Assembly: GCF_030028105.1 (NCBI RefSeq)
Contig: NC_092398.1
Span: 25,745,649 to 25,809,648, forward strand
DNA from: Mobula birostris
Taxonomy: Eukaryota
Direction: 5' to 3'
Length of the DNA stretch: 64,000 bases
Numbering within the stretch: the stretch's first letter is position 1; each line of letters starts with the position of its first letter. The notes under the pieces were generated by a model. That model ran no database searches, was not told the origin of the DNA, and was given only the letters and a program-made list of their open reading frames with translations. The translations under genes were made by a program, and so were the position numbers. Positions 35,466 to 48,237 of the stretch are shown in pieces.

Positions 35466-36167
35466 ATCTTTAAATAGAAATGAGAGAATATGAAGTGAGC
35501 AAAAATGAAATTGGCCCCCAGTCCTTGGGGAAGGGGTAGCTTCACTCCCCACCCCAGCCCAACAAGACCCGTGACTGAGCCGGGTGGGGGGTGGGGGTCA
35601 ATCCTCTTCCTGGGAATGTAGCAGCTCGTTGTGGAGAGAGGTGGGAGATGTGGGAGGGGTGGGGAGCCCAGGGGAGGGGGTGTCAGAGCCAGCAACCGAC
35701 CCATGGCGGCTCTGGGGAGAGTCGGGGTTGGGCGGGAGGCTGTGGCCCCGGCAGACACTCAGTCGGTGTCACTGTTACGGTCCCTTCGCAATCCAGGTTG
35801 GCGAGTGAGGGAGGCGACTCAGGAAGGAGGGATGAGGAGGAGGGGAATGTGAGGGGGTGTCAGGGAAGGGTGAGGGACGGCAAGGTCGAGGAAGGGGAGG
35901 GAGAGCATGGGGGATGAGTGGATGGAGAGGGCCCGACGAGGGGGTTGGGAGCCATATGAGATAAGGGTGGAGGAAGAGGAACTGAGGGATCTGCCCCAGG
36001 AAGGAACGAAGGAAACGAGGGAGGGCAAGGGGTTCATTCCGTGAGAGTGGGAGCAGGCATCTGAGACGGCCCTGGACTGGGCTCCTGTGGAGTCGGATCA
36101 GCTGCACCGCGAGCCACGGTCCCTCCGCCCGCGTTTCCAGTGGGGTGGAGAGGGCCTGGTGTCTGCC

Positions 36168-39100
36168 TCACACCTGCTTGTGGGGGATACAGCCCTCGAT
36201 CTCGACAGCCTCCGGCCACCCCTCGTACTTGTTGGTGCTCTTGTCGTTCTTCACGTGCTGCGGGGAGAAAGAAAACCGGGGTCCGGGTCACCAGACATTC
36301 TCACTGGAGGGGGAGAGGTCTTTTATTTAGACTAGAGATACAGCATGGAACCAGCCATTCGAGCCACACTGTCCAGCTACCCCCGGAATGAGCCGAGCCT
36401 AGTCACGGGACAATTTACAATAACCAGTTAACCTACTACCCGGTAAGACCTTGGACTGTGGGAGCAAACCAGCGCACCTGGAGGAGACACACGCAGTCTA
36501 CGGGGAGGACGTACAAACTTCTGACAGACGTCCTGCAAGAACTCTGACGCCCTGAGCTGTAATAGCGTCATGCTAACCGTGTAAGGGGTTGGGAGAGGCC
36601 ACATGACCCATAGAACATCAAATAGCCCCTTTGGCCCATCACGTCTGTGCCCAACAGCACGTCGAAATGAACTACACTCAGTGGCCACTTTATTAGGTAC
36701 ATCTGTTTGCTAATGCAAATATCGAATCAGACTATCACATGGCAACAACTCAATGCGTAAAAGCACGCAGATGTGGTCAAGGGGCCCAGACCAAACATCA
36801 GAATGGGGAAGAAATGTGATCTGGGACTGGCTAGTGGCGCAATGACATCAGCGCTGGACTCTGGAACGGAGGTTCCCAGGTTCGAACCCAGTCGGGTCCG
36901 CTCCCGAGTACACTTCCCATCCGTGCCGGGTTGAGTGTCGAGATCGCAACTCAACCTCGTAAGGTAAAGGTAAAAACGCTGTGAAATGTCCGTGTGAGGA
37001 GCGGCACGCCACACAATCTCTCTCTCACTCCGCACGTTGTAAAGGCATGAGAAAAACATCGCACACGCCAAAAAAAAAGTGATCTGAGTGACTTTGACCA
37101 TGGAATGATTGTTGGTGCCAGATGGGGTGGTTTGAGTATCTCAGAAACTGCTGATCTCCTGGGATTTTCACACACAGCCGTCTCTAGAATTTACAGGGGA
37201 TGGTGCATAAACAAAATAAAAATCCAGTGAGCGGCAGTTCAGTGGGTGAAAACGTCTTGTTAATGAGAGACGTCAGAGGAGAATGGTCAGACTAGTCAAG
37301 CTGACTGGAATGTGACAGTAACTCAAATAACCATGCGTTACAACAGTGGTGTGCAGAAGAGCATCTCTGAACGCACAACACGTTAAACCTTCAAGTGGAT
37401 GGGCTACAGCAGCAGAAGACCACGAATGTACCCTCAGTTGCCACTTCATTAGATACAAGAGAGACCTAGTAAACCCACCAGGGAGTGTACACACTTCCAC
37501 AAACAGTAGAGATCCCTGTGGAACACCACGCCAGCCAGAACACATCCTTTCCCACTGCGACCCTTTAGAAACATAGAAAACCTACAGCACAATACAGGCC
37601 CTTCGGCCCACAAGGCTGTGCCGAACATGTCCTTACCTTAGAAATTATCTAGGGTGACCCATTTTTTTCTGAACTCCATGTACCTATCCAGCAGTCTCTT
37701 GAAAGACCCGATCGTATCTGCCTCCACCACCGTCGCCGGCACTCACCACTCTCTGCGTAAAAAACTTATCCCTGACATCTCGTCTGTATCTACTTCCAAG
37801 AACCTTAAAACTGTGCCCTCTCACGTTAGCCATTCCAGCCCTGGGAAAAAGCCGCCGACTATCCACACACCATCAATGCCTCTCATCATCTTATACACCT
37901 CTATATTCAAACTCTTCTCATCCTCTGTCGCTCCAAGGAGAAAAGGACAAGTTCACTCAACCTATCCTCATAAGGCATGCTCCCCAATCCAGGCAACATC
38001 CCTGTAAATCTCCTCTACACCCTTTCTATGGTTTCCACATCCTTCCTGTAGTGAGGCACCAGAACTGAGCACAGTACTCCAAGTGGGGTCTGACCAGGGT
38101 CCTATATAGCTGCAACATTACCTCTCGGCTCCTAAACTCAATCCCACGACCAAAGGCCAATGTACCATACGCCTTCTTAACTACAGAGTCAACCTGCGTA
38201 GCAGCTTTGAGTATCCTATGGACTCGGGGCCCAAGATCCCTCTGATCCTCCACACTGCCAAGAGTCTTACCGTTAATACTATATTCTGCCATCATATTCG
38301 ACCTACCAAAAATGAACCACCTCACACTTATCTGGGCTGAACTCCATCTGCCACTTCTCAGCCCAGTTTTGCGTCCTTTGTCGATGAGCAGGCCAATTCT
38401 GAAGCCCCACTGCAGGGTCAACGTGGATCTAGTTGAATATCTTCCTGAAGTTCTCGTAGGCAATGACCCCTACCCTGTTCTCATCAATCACCTCGGTCAC
38501 CGCATCAAAACACTCTCAAGGCCAAGGGTTACTGTAATATTATTACTGCCCCAGTGATCCTGGTTCAATTCCACTGCTGTCTGTAAGGAGTTTGTACGTT
38601 CTCTCCGTGACCGTGTGGGTTTCCTCAGGGTGCCCCGGTTTCTTCCCACAGTCCAAAGATGTTAATTAATTAATTGTAATTAAGGATATTAATCACATTA
38701 ATTAAGAATATTCATTCATTAAAGTGATCCTGCCACTAAACATATCTTTACCTCTTTCCCTCACTCTGCTATCCACAGGAATCACTCCCTCTGTGATTCC
38801 CTTATCAACTTGTCCCTCCCGGCATTTTTTCCCTGGAACTGGCCATTCAGCCCCCTCCCTCACCTCCATTCAGGGACCCAAACAGACCTTCCAGGTGAGG
38901 TAACACTTCACCTGTGCACCTGCTGAGGTCGTCTGCCGTGTCCTGATGCGGCCTCCGCTACGTCGGCGAGACCCATGGTAAGTTGGGGAACTGCTTCGCC
39001 AAGCATCTCCGCCCCACCCGCCAAAAGCAGGACTTCCCGGTGGCCAAACATTTTAATTCCCGTTCCGACGTGCCGGTCCGTGGCCTCCTTGTGTGCCAAG

Positions 39101-42100
39101 ATGGGGCCACCCTCAGGGTGGAGGAGCAGCACCTTATATTCCATCTGGGTAGCCTCCAACCTGATGGCATAAATATTGACTTCTCCTTCTAGTGAAAGAA
39201 ATTGCCCTCCCCCTCCCCTCTTATTCTATTCCCTACTCTAGCCTTGCTTCATCTTACCTGCCCTGTCACTTCCCCCCTTCCTTTCCTTTCTCCTATGGTC
39301 CACTCTCCTGTCCTGTCAGATTCCTTCCTCTCCAGCCCTTCACCTTTCCCACCCACCTGGCCTCACCTATCACCTTCTAGCTATCATCCTTCCCCAACCT
39401 TTGTATTGTGGCGTTTTCTTTCTTTCTAGTCCCAAAGAAATGTTTTCGCCTGAAATGTTGGCTGTTTATTCATTTTATGGAAACAAAGAAATCTACAGCA
39501 TATTACAGGCCTCTCAATGTTGTACCAACCATGTAATCTACTCTATACTTTATTGTTGCCAAACAATTGATACTAGAACATACAATCATCACAGCGATAT
39601 TTGATTCTGCACTTCCCACTCCCTGGATTACAAATATTAAATATTAAAAATAGTAAATATTAAAAATTTAAATTATAAATCATAAATAGAAAGTAGAAAA
39701 ATGGTAAGTAAGTTAGTGCAAAAAAACTGAGAGGCAGGTCCGGATATTTGGAGGGTACGGCCCAGATCCGGGTCAGGATCCGTTCAGCAGTCTTATCACA
39801 GTTGGAAAGAAGCTGTTCCCAAATCTGGCCGTATTAGAAACTGCTTAAAATTACCCTACTGCATAGCCCTGTATTTTTCTCAGCTCCATGTGCTAATCTA
39901 AGAGTCTTGTAAAAGACCCTGTTGAATCTGCCTTTACCACCATTGCTGGCAGTGCATTCCACACACCCACCACTCTCTGAGTGAAAAACTTACCCGACAT
40001 CCCCTCAGAACCTACTTCCATGCGCCTCAAAACCATGCCCCTCTTGTTAGCCATTTCTGCCCTAAAAAAGCCTCTGCTATCCACACAATCAATGCCTCTC
40101 ATTATCTTATGCACCTCCGCACCTCCACAGATGCTGCCTGACCTGCAGAGATCCTAAACATCTTGTGTGCATAGCTTTATATTCATTAACTGTATTGTAA
40201 TCATACTAAATGATTAATCATATCCATTAATCAATCATATTAGTTAATTAATTATAGCGGTAACACTATCACAGGGCCAGTGATCCAGGATCAATTCCCA
40301 CCGCAGTCTGTACATTTTCCCCGCAGCCGCGTGGATTTCCTCCGGGTGCTCTGGTTTCCTCCCACAGCCCAAAGGGTTAAAGTAAGGGAGTGGTGGGCGT
40401 GCTATGTTGGCACAATTTGTCAGCCGCTCCCACCCCACCTCCCCAGCGCAGCCGGCCCCGTTTCACCGTGTGTTCCTCCACACTGGAATGGAGCAATCCT
40501 GGACACGGCTTGCACAGATCGGATGTGGACTTGCCCCCGAGTGACATTCAATACCCTCCCTGCTACTGTCTACCCCAGGGGTGGGGGCAGAAGCCGTGGA
40601 GACGCCGGGGGGGCAGGGGGAGGACTCTGGGCCCCTCGTGCCTGTTCTGGGGGGAAACGGGCGGGTCGGAGCCGGTGGCGGCGGTTCACGGACCTGCTCG
40701 AAGGGACTCTTGTTATCGATGCCTTTGGCCCCAACGAACACCCAGCTGTCGCGGAAGCCCAGCGTGTGAATGGCCTTGCTGCCCAGCTCGCTGAATATCC
40801 GCTTTGCTTCGTCGTTCATCCTGCAGGCAAATCACACAACGCACACACTTGGCCAGGTCAGCAGGAACAGCACAGTGGGGAAACAAGGGTGGGGCAGTGG
40901 GGGGGCCAAGAAATGGAGCGGCAACTCACTTTGTGGCTGGGTCATCGTAGGAAGCCACGAACACCAGTGTCCCCTCATAGATTGGCCGCAGGAACTTCAA
41001 CAGCTCCGTAATTCCCGTATCTGGAACCAGAGTGCAGCACGGACAGAGAACACAGATATCTCCAAACTCCCACCGTCCGCACTCCCAATGGGAACCCAAC
41101 CGCTTCCCATTCACTCCCACCGTCCACACTTCCAATGGGAACCCAACCGCTTCGCATTCACTCCCACCGTCCACACTTCCAATGGGACCCCATCCCCTTC
41201 CCATTCACTCCCACCGTCCGCACTCCCAATGGGAACCCAACCCCTTCCCATTCACTCCCACCGTCCGCACTCCCAATGGGACCCCAGCCCCTTCCCATTC
41301 ACTCCCACCGTCCGCACTCCCAATGGGACCCCAGCCCCTTCCCATTCACTCCCACCGTCCGCACTCCAATGGGACCCCATCCCCTTCCCATTCACTCCCA
41401 CCGTCCGCACTCCCAATGGGACCCCATCCCCTTCTCATTCACTCCCACCATCCGCACTCCAATGGGACCCCATCCCCTTCCCATTCACTCCCACCGTCCG
41501 CACTCCCAATGGGACCCCATCCCCTTCCCATTCACTCCCACCGTCCGCACTCCAATGGGACCCCATCCCCTTCCCATTCACTCCCACCGTCCGCACTCCC
41601 AATGGGACCCCATCCCCTTCCCATTCACTCCCACCGTCCGCACTCCAATGGGACCCCATCCCCTTCCCATTCACTCCCACCGTCCGCACTCCCAATGGGA
41701 CCCCATCCCCTTCCCATTCACTCCCACCGTCCGCACTCCAATGGGACCCCATCCCCTTCCCATTCACTCCCACCGTCCGCACTCCCAATGGGACCCCATC
41801 CCCTTCCCATTCACTCCCACCGTCCGCACTCCAATGGGACCCCATCCCCTTCCCATTCACTCCCACCGTCCGCACTCCAATGGGACCCCATCCCCTTCCC
41901 ATTCACTCCCACTGTCCGCACTCCAATGGGACCCCAGCCCCTTCCCATTCACTCCCACCGTCCGCACTCCCAATGGGACCCCACCCCCTTCCCATTCACT
42001 CCCACCGTCCGCACTCCAATGGGACCCCATCCCCTTCCCATTCACTCCCACCGTCCACACTCCAATGGGACCCCATCCCCTTCCCATTCACTCCCACCGT

Positions 42101-45100
42101 CCGTACTCCCAATGGGACCCCATTCTCTTCCCATTCACTCCCACCGTCCGCACTCCAATGGGACCCCACCCTTCGCACTCCCATGGGACTGCACCTCTTC
42201 CCATTCACTCTCCCCTGTATTGGGCCTCACCTCCAGCCCACATGTCGAAGTATTTGGCATCCATCAGCTCTCCAGTGACTCCTGGAAAAAATGTTTTCAG
42301 ACTATTAGCCCTGCTGTTAAAGCCAAGCGATCACGTTGTGTGGTGGGCCAGGAATTAGGCCATTCAGCCCATTGAGTTTGTTCCACCCATTTACTATCCC
42401 TCTCAAACCCATTCTCCTGCCTTCTCCTCGTAACCTTTGACACTCCGACTAATCAAGAACCTATCAATCTCCGCTTTAGATCTGCCCAACGACTAGGCCT
42501 CCACAGCCATCTGTGGCAATATTTTCCACAGACTCGCCACCCTCTAGCTAAAATCTCTGTTCTAAATAGGTGTCCTTCACTTCTGAGGCTGTGCCCTCTT
42601 GTCTTAGACTCTCCTACTATAGGAAACATTCTCTTCACATCCAATCTATCCAGTCCTTTTAATATTTGACACCCCCACTTCCTCTAAACTCCAGCGAGTA
42701 CAGGCCCAGAGCCAAACAACGCTTACCCTTTCATTTCCGGGATCATCCTTGTGTACCCGTCTGGACCCTCTCCAATGCCAGCACAACCTTTTCACAGATA
42801 CGAAGCCATAAACTGCTCACAATATTCCAAGCGCAGTCTGACCAGTGCCTGATAAAGGCTCAATACGGACTTATCTGATCTGGCTGGGTCGCGGGTTGGA
42901 AGCCTTTCACCAAACCGGCGTGAGTAACAGTGATAAACCGATTACCAGCTGGCGTCTGCGTGTCTTACCGTTCACGAGCGCGATGTTGAGTCCACGCCCG
43001 ACGTTGTTCTTCACACTGCTCATGAACCTGGAACCAAAAGTGACCCTCTCATCAATCGAGCTGGCAAGGGGGAGCAAGAGGTGACAGGGAAGGGTGAGAG
43101 CAGGATGATTGGCTTTAGGGGCATGGACTTCAAAATGGCGACAACTCCCTGATGGCACCATTCTACCGTCTCCGTTGACACCACCGCTCACAATAAGTTG
43201 TGTATTTTTTTAAAGTTCGTAGGGATGGTTTTGGGGACAGAGGAGGGAGTTAGAGGTCTGGTTACGGTTTTTGGAGACTGAGTTTAGAGACAGGGGTTCA
43301 GTTATGATTTAGGGGATAGACAGGGGAATTCGGAGTCCGGATACAGTTTTAGGATCAGAGATGCAGCAAAGTCAGGAATCAGAGAGAGGAAGAGGGAAGG
43401 AGGGACAGAATGAGGGAGGAATGGTTAAGAGTTTTACAGCTATGCTGCAGGTATTTTCTTTAAGAGCTGCCTGTCCTGCTTTTAGCTTGTTCCGGTTTGA
43501 GCTGAGATAAGAGGCCTGTTTATCAACTGAGGAATGTGGTGTCAGCCAATCGGGATGGTAGGATTGGGGAGAAGGTTCTAGAGAATGCGGGGCGGAGATG
43601 TTTTGGTTGGCGGGTACTGGGGGAAGGCGGGAGGGAAGATGGCTGAGGCTGCCGTCCCTGTTGCACAAGGTGCTTTGTGAAGATGAAGAGCTTCGAGGAG
43701 GAAGGGCCAATGCGGCCATGGGGTAGCCCGTTCGATCGAGACAGAATTCAAGCAACCCTCAGAAGGTGGTGCGTGTTTTCACGCAGACCGAGGGTCCAGC
43801 ACGTAAGTGACAGACACGTTCAAGATTGGAGACTCCACCGTGCACATGTGACTGCTTAAGGATAATGGATCCCCTTTTGTTTTTTCTTTCTTTCCTTTAT
43901 TCACTTCTACGGAAGTTAACATTCTTAAACATACTTCCTGTTAATTGTACACAGGGTGTGATCTGTATTTCTTGCCAGAGGGCAGTAAATCACACAAACC
44001 GAGGTTTGGATGGGCGAGACATCCCGACCTCACGGACTTGGTGGGACCAAAGTCACGTACAAAGCCTGAGAAAGGTGGGCTTCTCGCCGCGCAATCCAGT
44101 GGCGGTTAGCGAGGGGCTAACGAGTTGCAATTCCAGGGGTGCCCAGTAAAAAGGGGTTTCATGAAGATGGGGAAGGAAGGGATGTTGCGGAGGGTGAGTG
44201 GACAGTTGGGGGGGGGGGGGCGAAAGGAACGTAAAGAGGGGAGTGACGGATATGGGGAGGGAAGAGATACAGGTGGATGGGAGGGAGGAATGTGGTGGGA
44301 GTAGGGAAGGGAAGACACCTAGAGGGGTAAGAGAGGCATGTAGTGGAGGGGTGGGGAAAGGGAGGAGAGAGGAAGGCATGTAGGGGAGGGAGGAGGGGTG
44401 AGGAAGGGACGTAGAGGGGATGTGGGATGGAGGTTTCAGCAGCTGTCACTCACACTTGGTCCTCCATGCAGAACTTGGGTCCGATCACGTTGGCGGCCCC
44501 ACTGACGATACGAAATGCGAAGTGTTTCTCTGGACACGGCATCGGTAGCCCACATTTGTATTTCCGCGGCTTCGTCTCTGCACAGGGCACAGGGCAGAGG
44601 TCGAGGTCAGTGGGACGAAGTTGCGGGGCAAAGGGCCCGAGGAGGGGGCGGGGGAGAAGGCGGCGGACGGCAGGGCAGACGACCACTCACTCCCTACCCG
44701 CGCACCCTCGCGCTGCTGGCTTACCTGCGGTCGGCTGATCCAGGGGACCTGTAGCGGGAGGGAGAGGAGACGTGAGCTCTGGCTCGTGAAGCCCCGCCAC
44801 CCCGCCCACCTCCACCCACACCCGGTCCCCCTCGCCCACAACAACCCTCCGAGGAGACGCCACGCCCCGTCACCTGGCCACATGTGAACTCAGATGACAG
44901 CCGAAGACGGTCAGCTTGGGTGGATGGGGAGGTGGCGAAGGAGCAAGAAAGGATGGGAGGTGCAAAGTGCAGGGGATAGGGTTAAAGAGGGGAGGGGAGA
45001 GAGAAGAGACCCCCTTCCCCAACATCCTGGTTAGAATTAACACAGCCCAACGCCCCTGCCTCACCGCTCAGCAGCTGCCGCAGCTTGTTGTAGGTGCTAC

Positions 45101-45756
45101 CCTGGCCGGAGAACAGGCTGCCCAGCACCCAGAGGACTCCCAACAGCAGCACCAGCACCACCAACCGCAGGGGCCCTGAGACCAGAAGGAGACCAACGTC
45201 AGGGTCAGGCAACCCCCACACCCCAACCCCGGCCCCGGCCCAGCCCGAAACAGACCAACTGGCACAGCACTGAATCAGTGCTCCACCACAATATACCGTA
45301 CCCCACCGGTGCCGTACCCCGGTGTGGCACAGTGACGGACCCGTCCCCACCGGTGCCGTACCCCGGTGTGGCACAGTGACGGACCCGTCCCCACCGGTGC
45401 CGTACCCCGGTGTCGCACAGTGACGGACCCGTCCCCACCGGTGCCGTACCCCGGTGTGGCACAGTGACGGACCCGTCCCCACCGGTGCCGTACTCCGGTG
45501 TGGCACAGTGACGGACCCGTCCCTACCGGTGCCGTACCCCGGTGTGGCACAGTGACAGACCCGTCCCCACCGGTACCGTACCCCGGTGTGGCACAGTGAC
45601 GGACCCGTCCCCACCGGTACTGTATCTGTGTTAAACAGTGACGGTACACATGTAAACTGCCACAGTGAGGAAGGAAGCCATCTTGCCCGAGGACTGAGGG
45701 AACGACGTGGGGGAGCAAGGGGTGGGCTGAAGCGCTCGCTCACCTGCCAGCCTCAT
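36168..45756 (-). CDS. FAM3A: FAM3A (FAM3/ILEI-PANDER domain secreted protein), 9 coding exons, 229 aa
   Basis: Exons 45744-45756 (MRLAG), 45065-45175 ([16 protein letters not shown].., signal/TM segment), 44725-44748 (24-nt microexon), 44454-44577 ([38 protein letters not shown]), 42969-43027 ([18 protein letters not shown]), 42231-42281 (..FDMWAG), 40930-41020 (..[15 protein letters not shown]), 40694-40820 ([22 protein letters not shown]), 36168-36257 (..[17 protein letters not shown]..stop). Total 690 nt. The MRLAGPLR N-terminus and linkage to RPL10/RENBP favour FAM3A. Confidence 0.93.
36824..37078 (+). mobile_element. tRNA-derived SINE with A-tail and TSD, nested in a Tc1-like MITE (about 36675-37455)
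   Basis: A box TGGCGCAATG, B box GGTTCGAACCC (36879-36889), A-rich tail, and direct repeat GTGATCTG at 36816-36823 and 37079-37086. Confidence 0.75.
37570..38380 (-). mobile_element. CR1 LINE 3' fragment
   Basis: [47 protein letters not shown]. Confidence 0.8.
38725..39480 (+). mobile_element. Penelope-like element 3' fragment (GIY-YIG remnant)
   Basis: [38 protein letters not shown], then a pyrimidine tract and a heavily decayed hammerhead-like terminus at about 39428-39465. Confidence 0.78.
41066..42210. repeat. 47/46-bp minisatellite filling a FAM3A intron
   Basis: Unit ACTCCCACCGTCCGCACTCC(C)AATGGGACCCCATCCCCTTCCCATTC. Confidence 0.95.
45295..45620. repeat. 44-bp CpG-rich minisatellite, about 7 copies
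   Basis: Unit CCCCACCGGTGCCGTACCCCGGTGTGGCACAGTGACGGACCCGT. Confidence 0.93.
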
Positions 45757-46194
45757 CGTGGCACCTGGGCCGACGGCTGCAGTCTGCGCCGGCAGTCAAC
45801 CTGTGGGGCAGACGTTACAGGTCAGATGTGAAACAGGAGAGACTGCAACAGCTGAAACCTGGGGCAACACACGTAAAAATTGTCAGGATCAAGCTAGAAT
45901 CTCTTCTTTAATTTCAAAATAAATTCTATTCACACTCTTGCTCTCGGGGAGGGGAGCTGGACGGGACACAGTGCTGTGGAGGAGTGGTCGGGTGCCAATG
46001 CCCCGGGGGAGTGGAGGCTCCCAGTGTCCTGGTGCGGGAGGGAGGGCGACACCGACACTGGAGAGGAGGGGCAAGCTCCAGTCCCAATGCCCCAAGTAGT
46101 GAAGGGGTTGTGAACCGCTGCCTGTGAGGAAGGGCAGGTGGCCAGGGAGTCCCGGTACCCCAGAGGAGTGGGGAGTGGGGGGGGGCAAGGGCGT

Positions 46195-47670
46195 GTCCCT
46201 GTGCCCTAGGGAAGAAGGGGGAGCATGTTCCGGTGCCCCGGGGAAAAAAGGGGGCAGCACCAGTCCCTGTGCCCCAGGGAAGAAGGGGGGAGCACCGGTC
46301 CCTGTGCCCCAGGGAAGAAGGGGGAACACCAGTCCCTGTGTCCAGGGGAAGGAGGGGGGGGATCACCAGTCCCTGTGTCCAGGGGAAGAAGGGGGGAGCA
46401 CCAGTCCCTGTGCCCCAGGGAAGAAGGGGGGAGCACCAGTCCCTGTGCCCCGGGGAAGGGGGGAGCACCGGTCCCTGTGCCCCAGGGAAGAAGGGGGAAC
46501 ACCAGTCCCTGTGTCCAGGGGAAGAAGGGGGGAGCACCAGTCCCTGTGTCCAGGGGAAGAAGGGGGGAGCACCAGTCCCTGTGCCCCAGGGAAGAAGGGG
46601 GGAGCACCGGTCCCTGTGCCCCAGGGAAGAAGGGGGAACACCAGTCCCTGTGTCCAGGGGAAGGAGGGGGGGGATCACCAGTCCTAGTGTCCCGGGGGAA
46701 AAGGGGGGAAGCACAAGTCCCTGTGCCCTAGGGAAGAAGGGGGAGCACGTTCCGGTGCCCCGGGGAAAAAAGGGGGGAGCACCAGTCCTAGTGTCCCAAG
46801 GAAGGGGGGAGCACCAGTCCCTGTGCCCCGGGGAAGGGGGGAGCACCAGTCCTAGTGTCCCAGGGAAGGGGGGAGCACCAGTCCCTGTGCCCCGGGGAAG
46901 GGGGGAGCACCAGTCCTAGTGTCCCAAGGAAGGGGGGAGCACCAGTCCTAGTGTCCCAGGGAAGGGGGGAGCACCAGTCCTAGTGTCCCAAGGAAGGGGG
47001 GAGCACCAGTCCTAGTGTCCCAAGGAAGGGGGGAGCACCAGTCCCTGTGCCCCGGGGAAGGGGGGAGCACCAGTCCCTGTGCCCCGGGGAAGGGGGGAAG
47101 CACCAGTCCCTGTGCCCCGGGGAAGGGGGGAGCACCAGTCCCTGTGCCCCGGGGAAGGGGGGAGCACCAGTCCTAGTGTCCCAAGGAAGGGGGGAGCACC
47201 AGTCCCTGTGCCCCGGGGAAGGGGGGAGCACCAGTCCCTGTGCCCCGGGGAAGGGGGGAGCACCAGTCCTAGTGTCCCAAGGAAGGGGGGAGCACCAGTC
47301 CTAGTGTCCCAGGGAAGGGGGGAGCACCAGTCCCTGTGCCCCGGGGAAGGGGGGAGCACCAGTCCCTGTGCCCCGGGGAAGGGGGGAGCACCAGTCCCTG
47401 TGCCCCGGGGAAGGGGGGAGCACCAGTCCCTGTGCCCCGGGGAAGGGGGGAGCACCAGTCCTAGTGTCCCAGGGAAGGGGGGAGCACCAGTCCCTGTGCC
47501 CCGGGGAAGGGGGGAGCACCAGTCCTAGTGTCCCAGGGAAGGGGGGAGCACCAGTCCCTGTGCCCCGGGGAAGGGGGGAGCACCAGTCCCTGTGCCCCGG
47601 GGAAGGGGGGAGCACCAGTCCCTGTGCCCCGGGGAAGGGGGGAGCACCAGTCCCTGTGCCCCGGGGAAGA
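46195..47670. repeat. 32/35-bp minisatellite in FAM3A intron 1
   Basis: Unit AGCACCAGTCCCTGTGCCCCGGGGAAGGGGGG, with CCTAGTGTCCCA and +GAA variants. Confidence 0.95.
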
Positions 47671-47846
47671 AGGGGCAAGGACGAGTCCCGGGGATCGAAC
47701 GGATCCCGCTGACCCGGGGCGTGGGAATGGTCCCGGAGGAGAAGGGCCAATTCCGGTTTCGGTGCTCCGTGGTGGTCTGATACAGCTGGAGCGACGCCCC
47801 GATCGGCCGGCCGGGATCCGGGCCGCTGCTCTCCGGTCAACAGTAC

Positions 47847-47990
47847 CTCAGCCGGCGGCGTCTCTCTGCTTCGTCCTCCTGCCAGCAGCGGAACGGAAGT
47901 GACGCAGCCTCCCTTACCCCGCCACCCGCCATTGGTCGGCGCTCGAGGACCGTTGGCCAATAGAAAGAAAGCTGGAGGGCGGGACCGACC
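47847..47990 (-). promoter_or_regulatory. FAM3A CpG-island promoter and non-coding exon 1
   Basis: Donor GAG|GTACTG at 47847, ETS CGGAAGT about 47894, two CCAAT boxes (about 47931 and 47957), GC box GGGCGG about 47977, high CpG density. Confidence 0.65.
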
Positions 47991-48237
47991 CCAAACCCAA
48001 CCGTGCCCCCTTCTCGGACTGAGAAGCAGCGCCGCCCTGCGGCTTGGAGGTCTCATTGCGTCAGGCCCAGGGAGTCGTGGAAGGGGCACAAGACCAGATT
48101 CAAATGTCGTGACATTTGTTAACTTTACGGCAGCAGTACAAATAAAATACATTGTAAATAAGTATAGAAAAAATACCAAGCTACATTAACGACAAGGCAC
48201 ATAAAAATTGGCCAGGCAGCATCTTTAGGAAAAGGCA

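Noticed and set aside
36826-36895. tRNA gene candidate
   Set aside because: It has A/B boxes but no complete cloverleaf, and it continues into a SINE body with an A tail and TSD.
40770-42375. 400-500-aa repetitive plus-strand ORFs
   Set aside because: All three frames are open because of the 93-bp repeat period, and they are antisense within a FAM3A intron.
45926-48179. Collagen-like G/P-rich ORFs on both strands
   Set aside because: They are products of the 32/35-bp minisatellite, with no sustained Gly-X-Y register.
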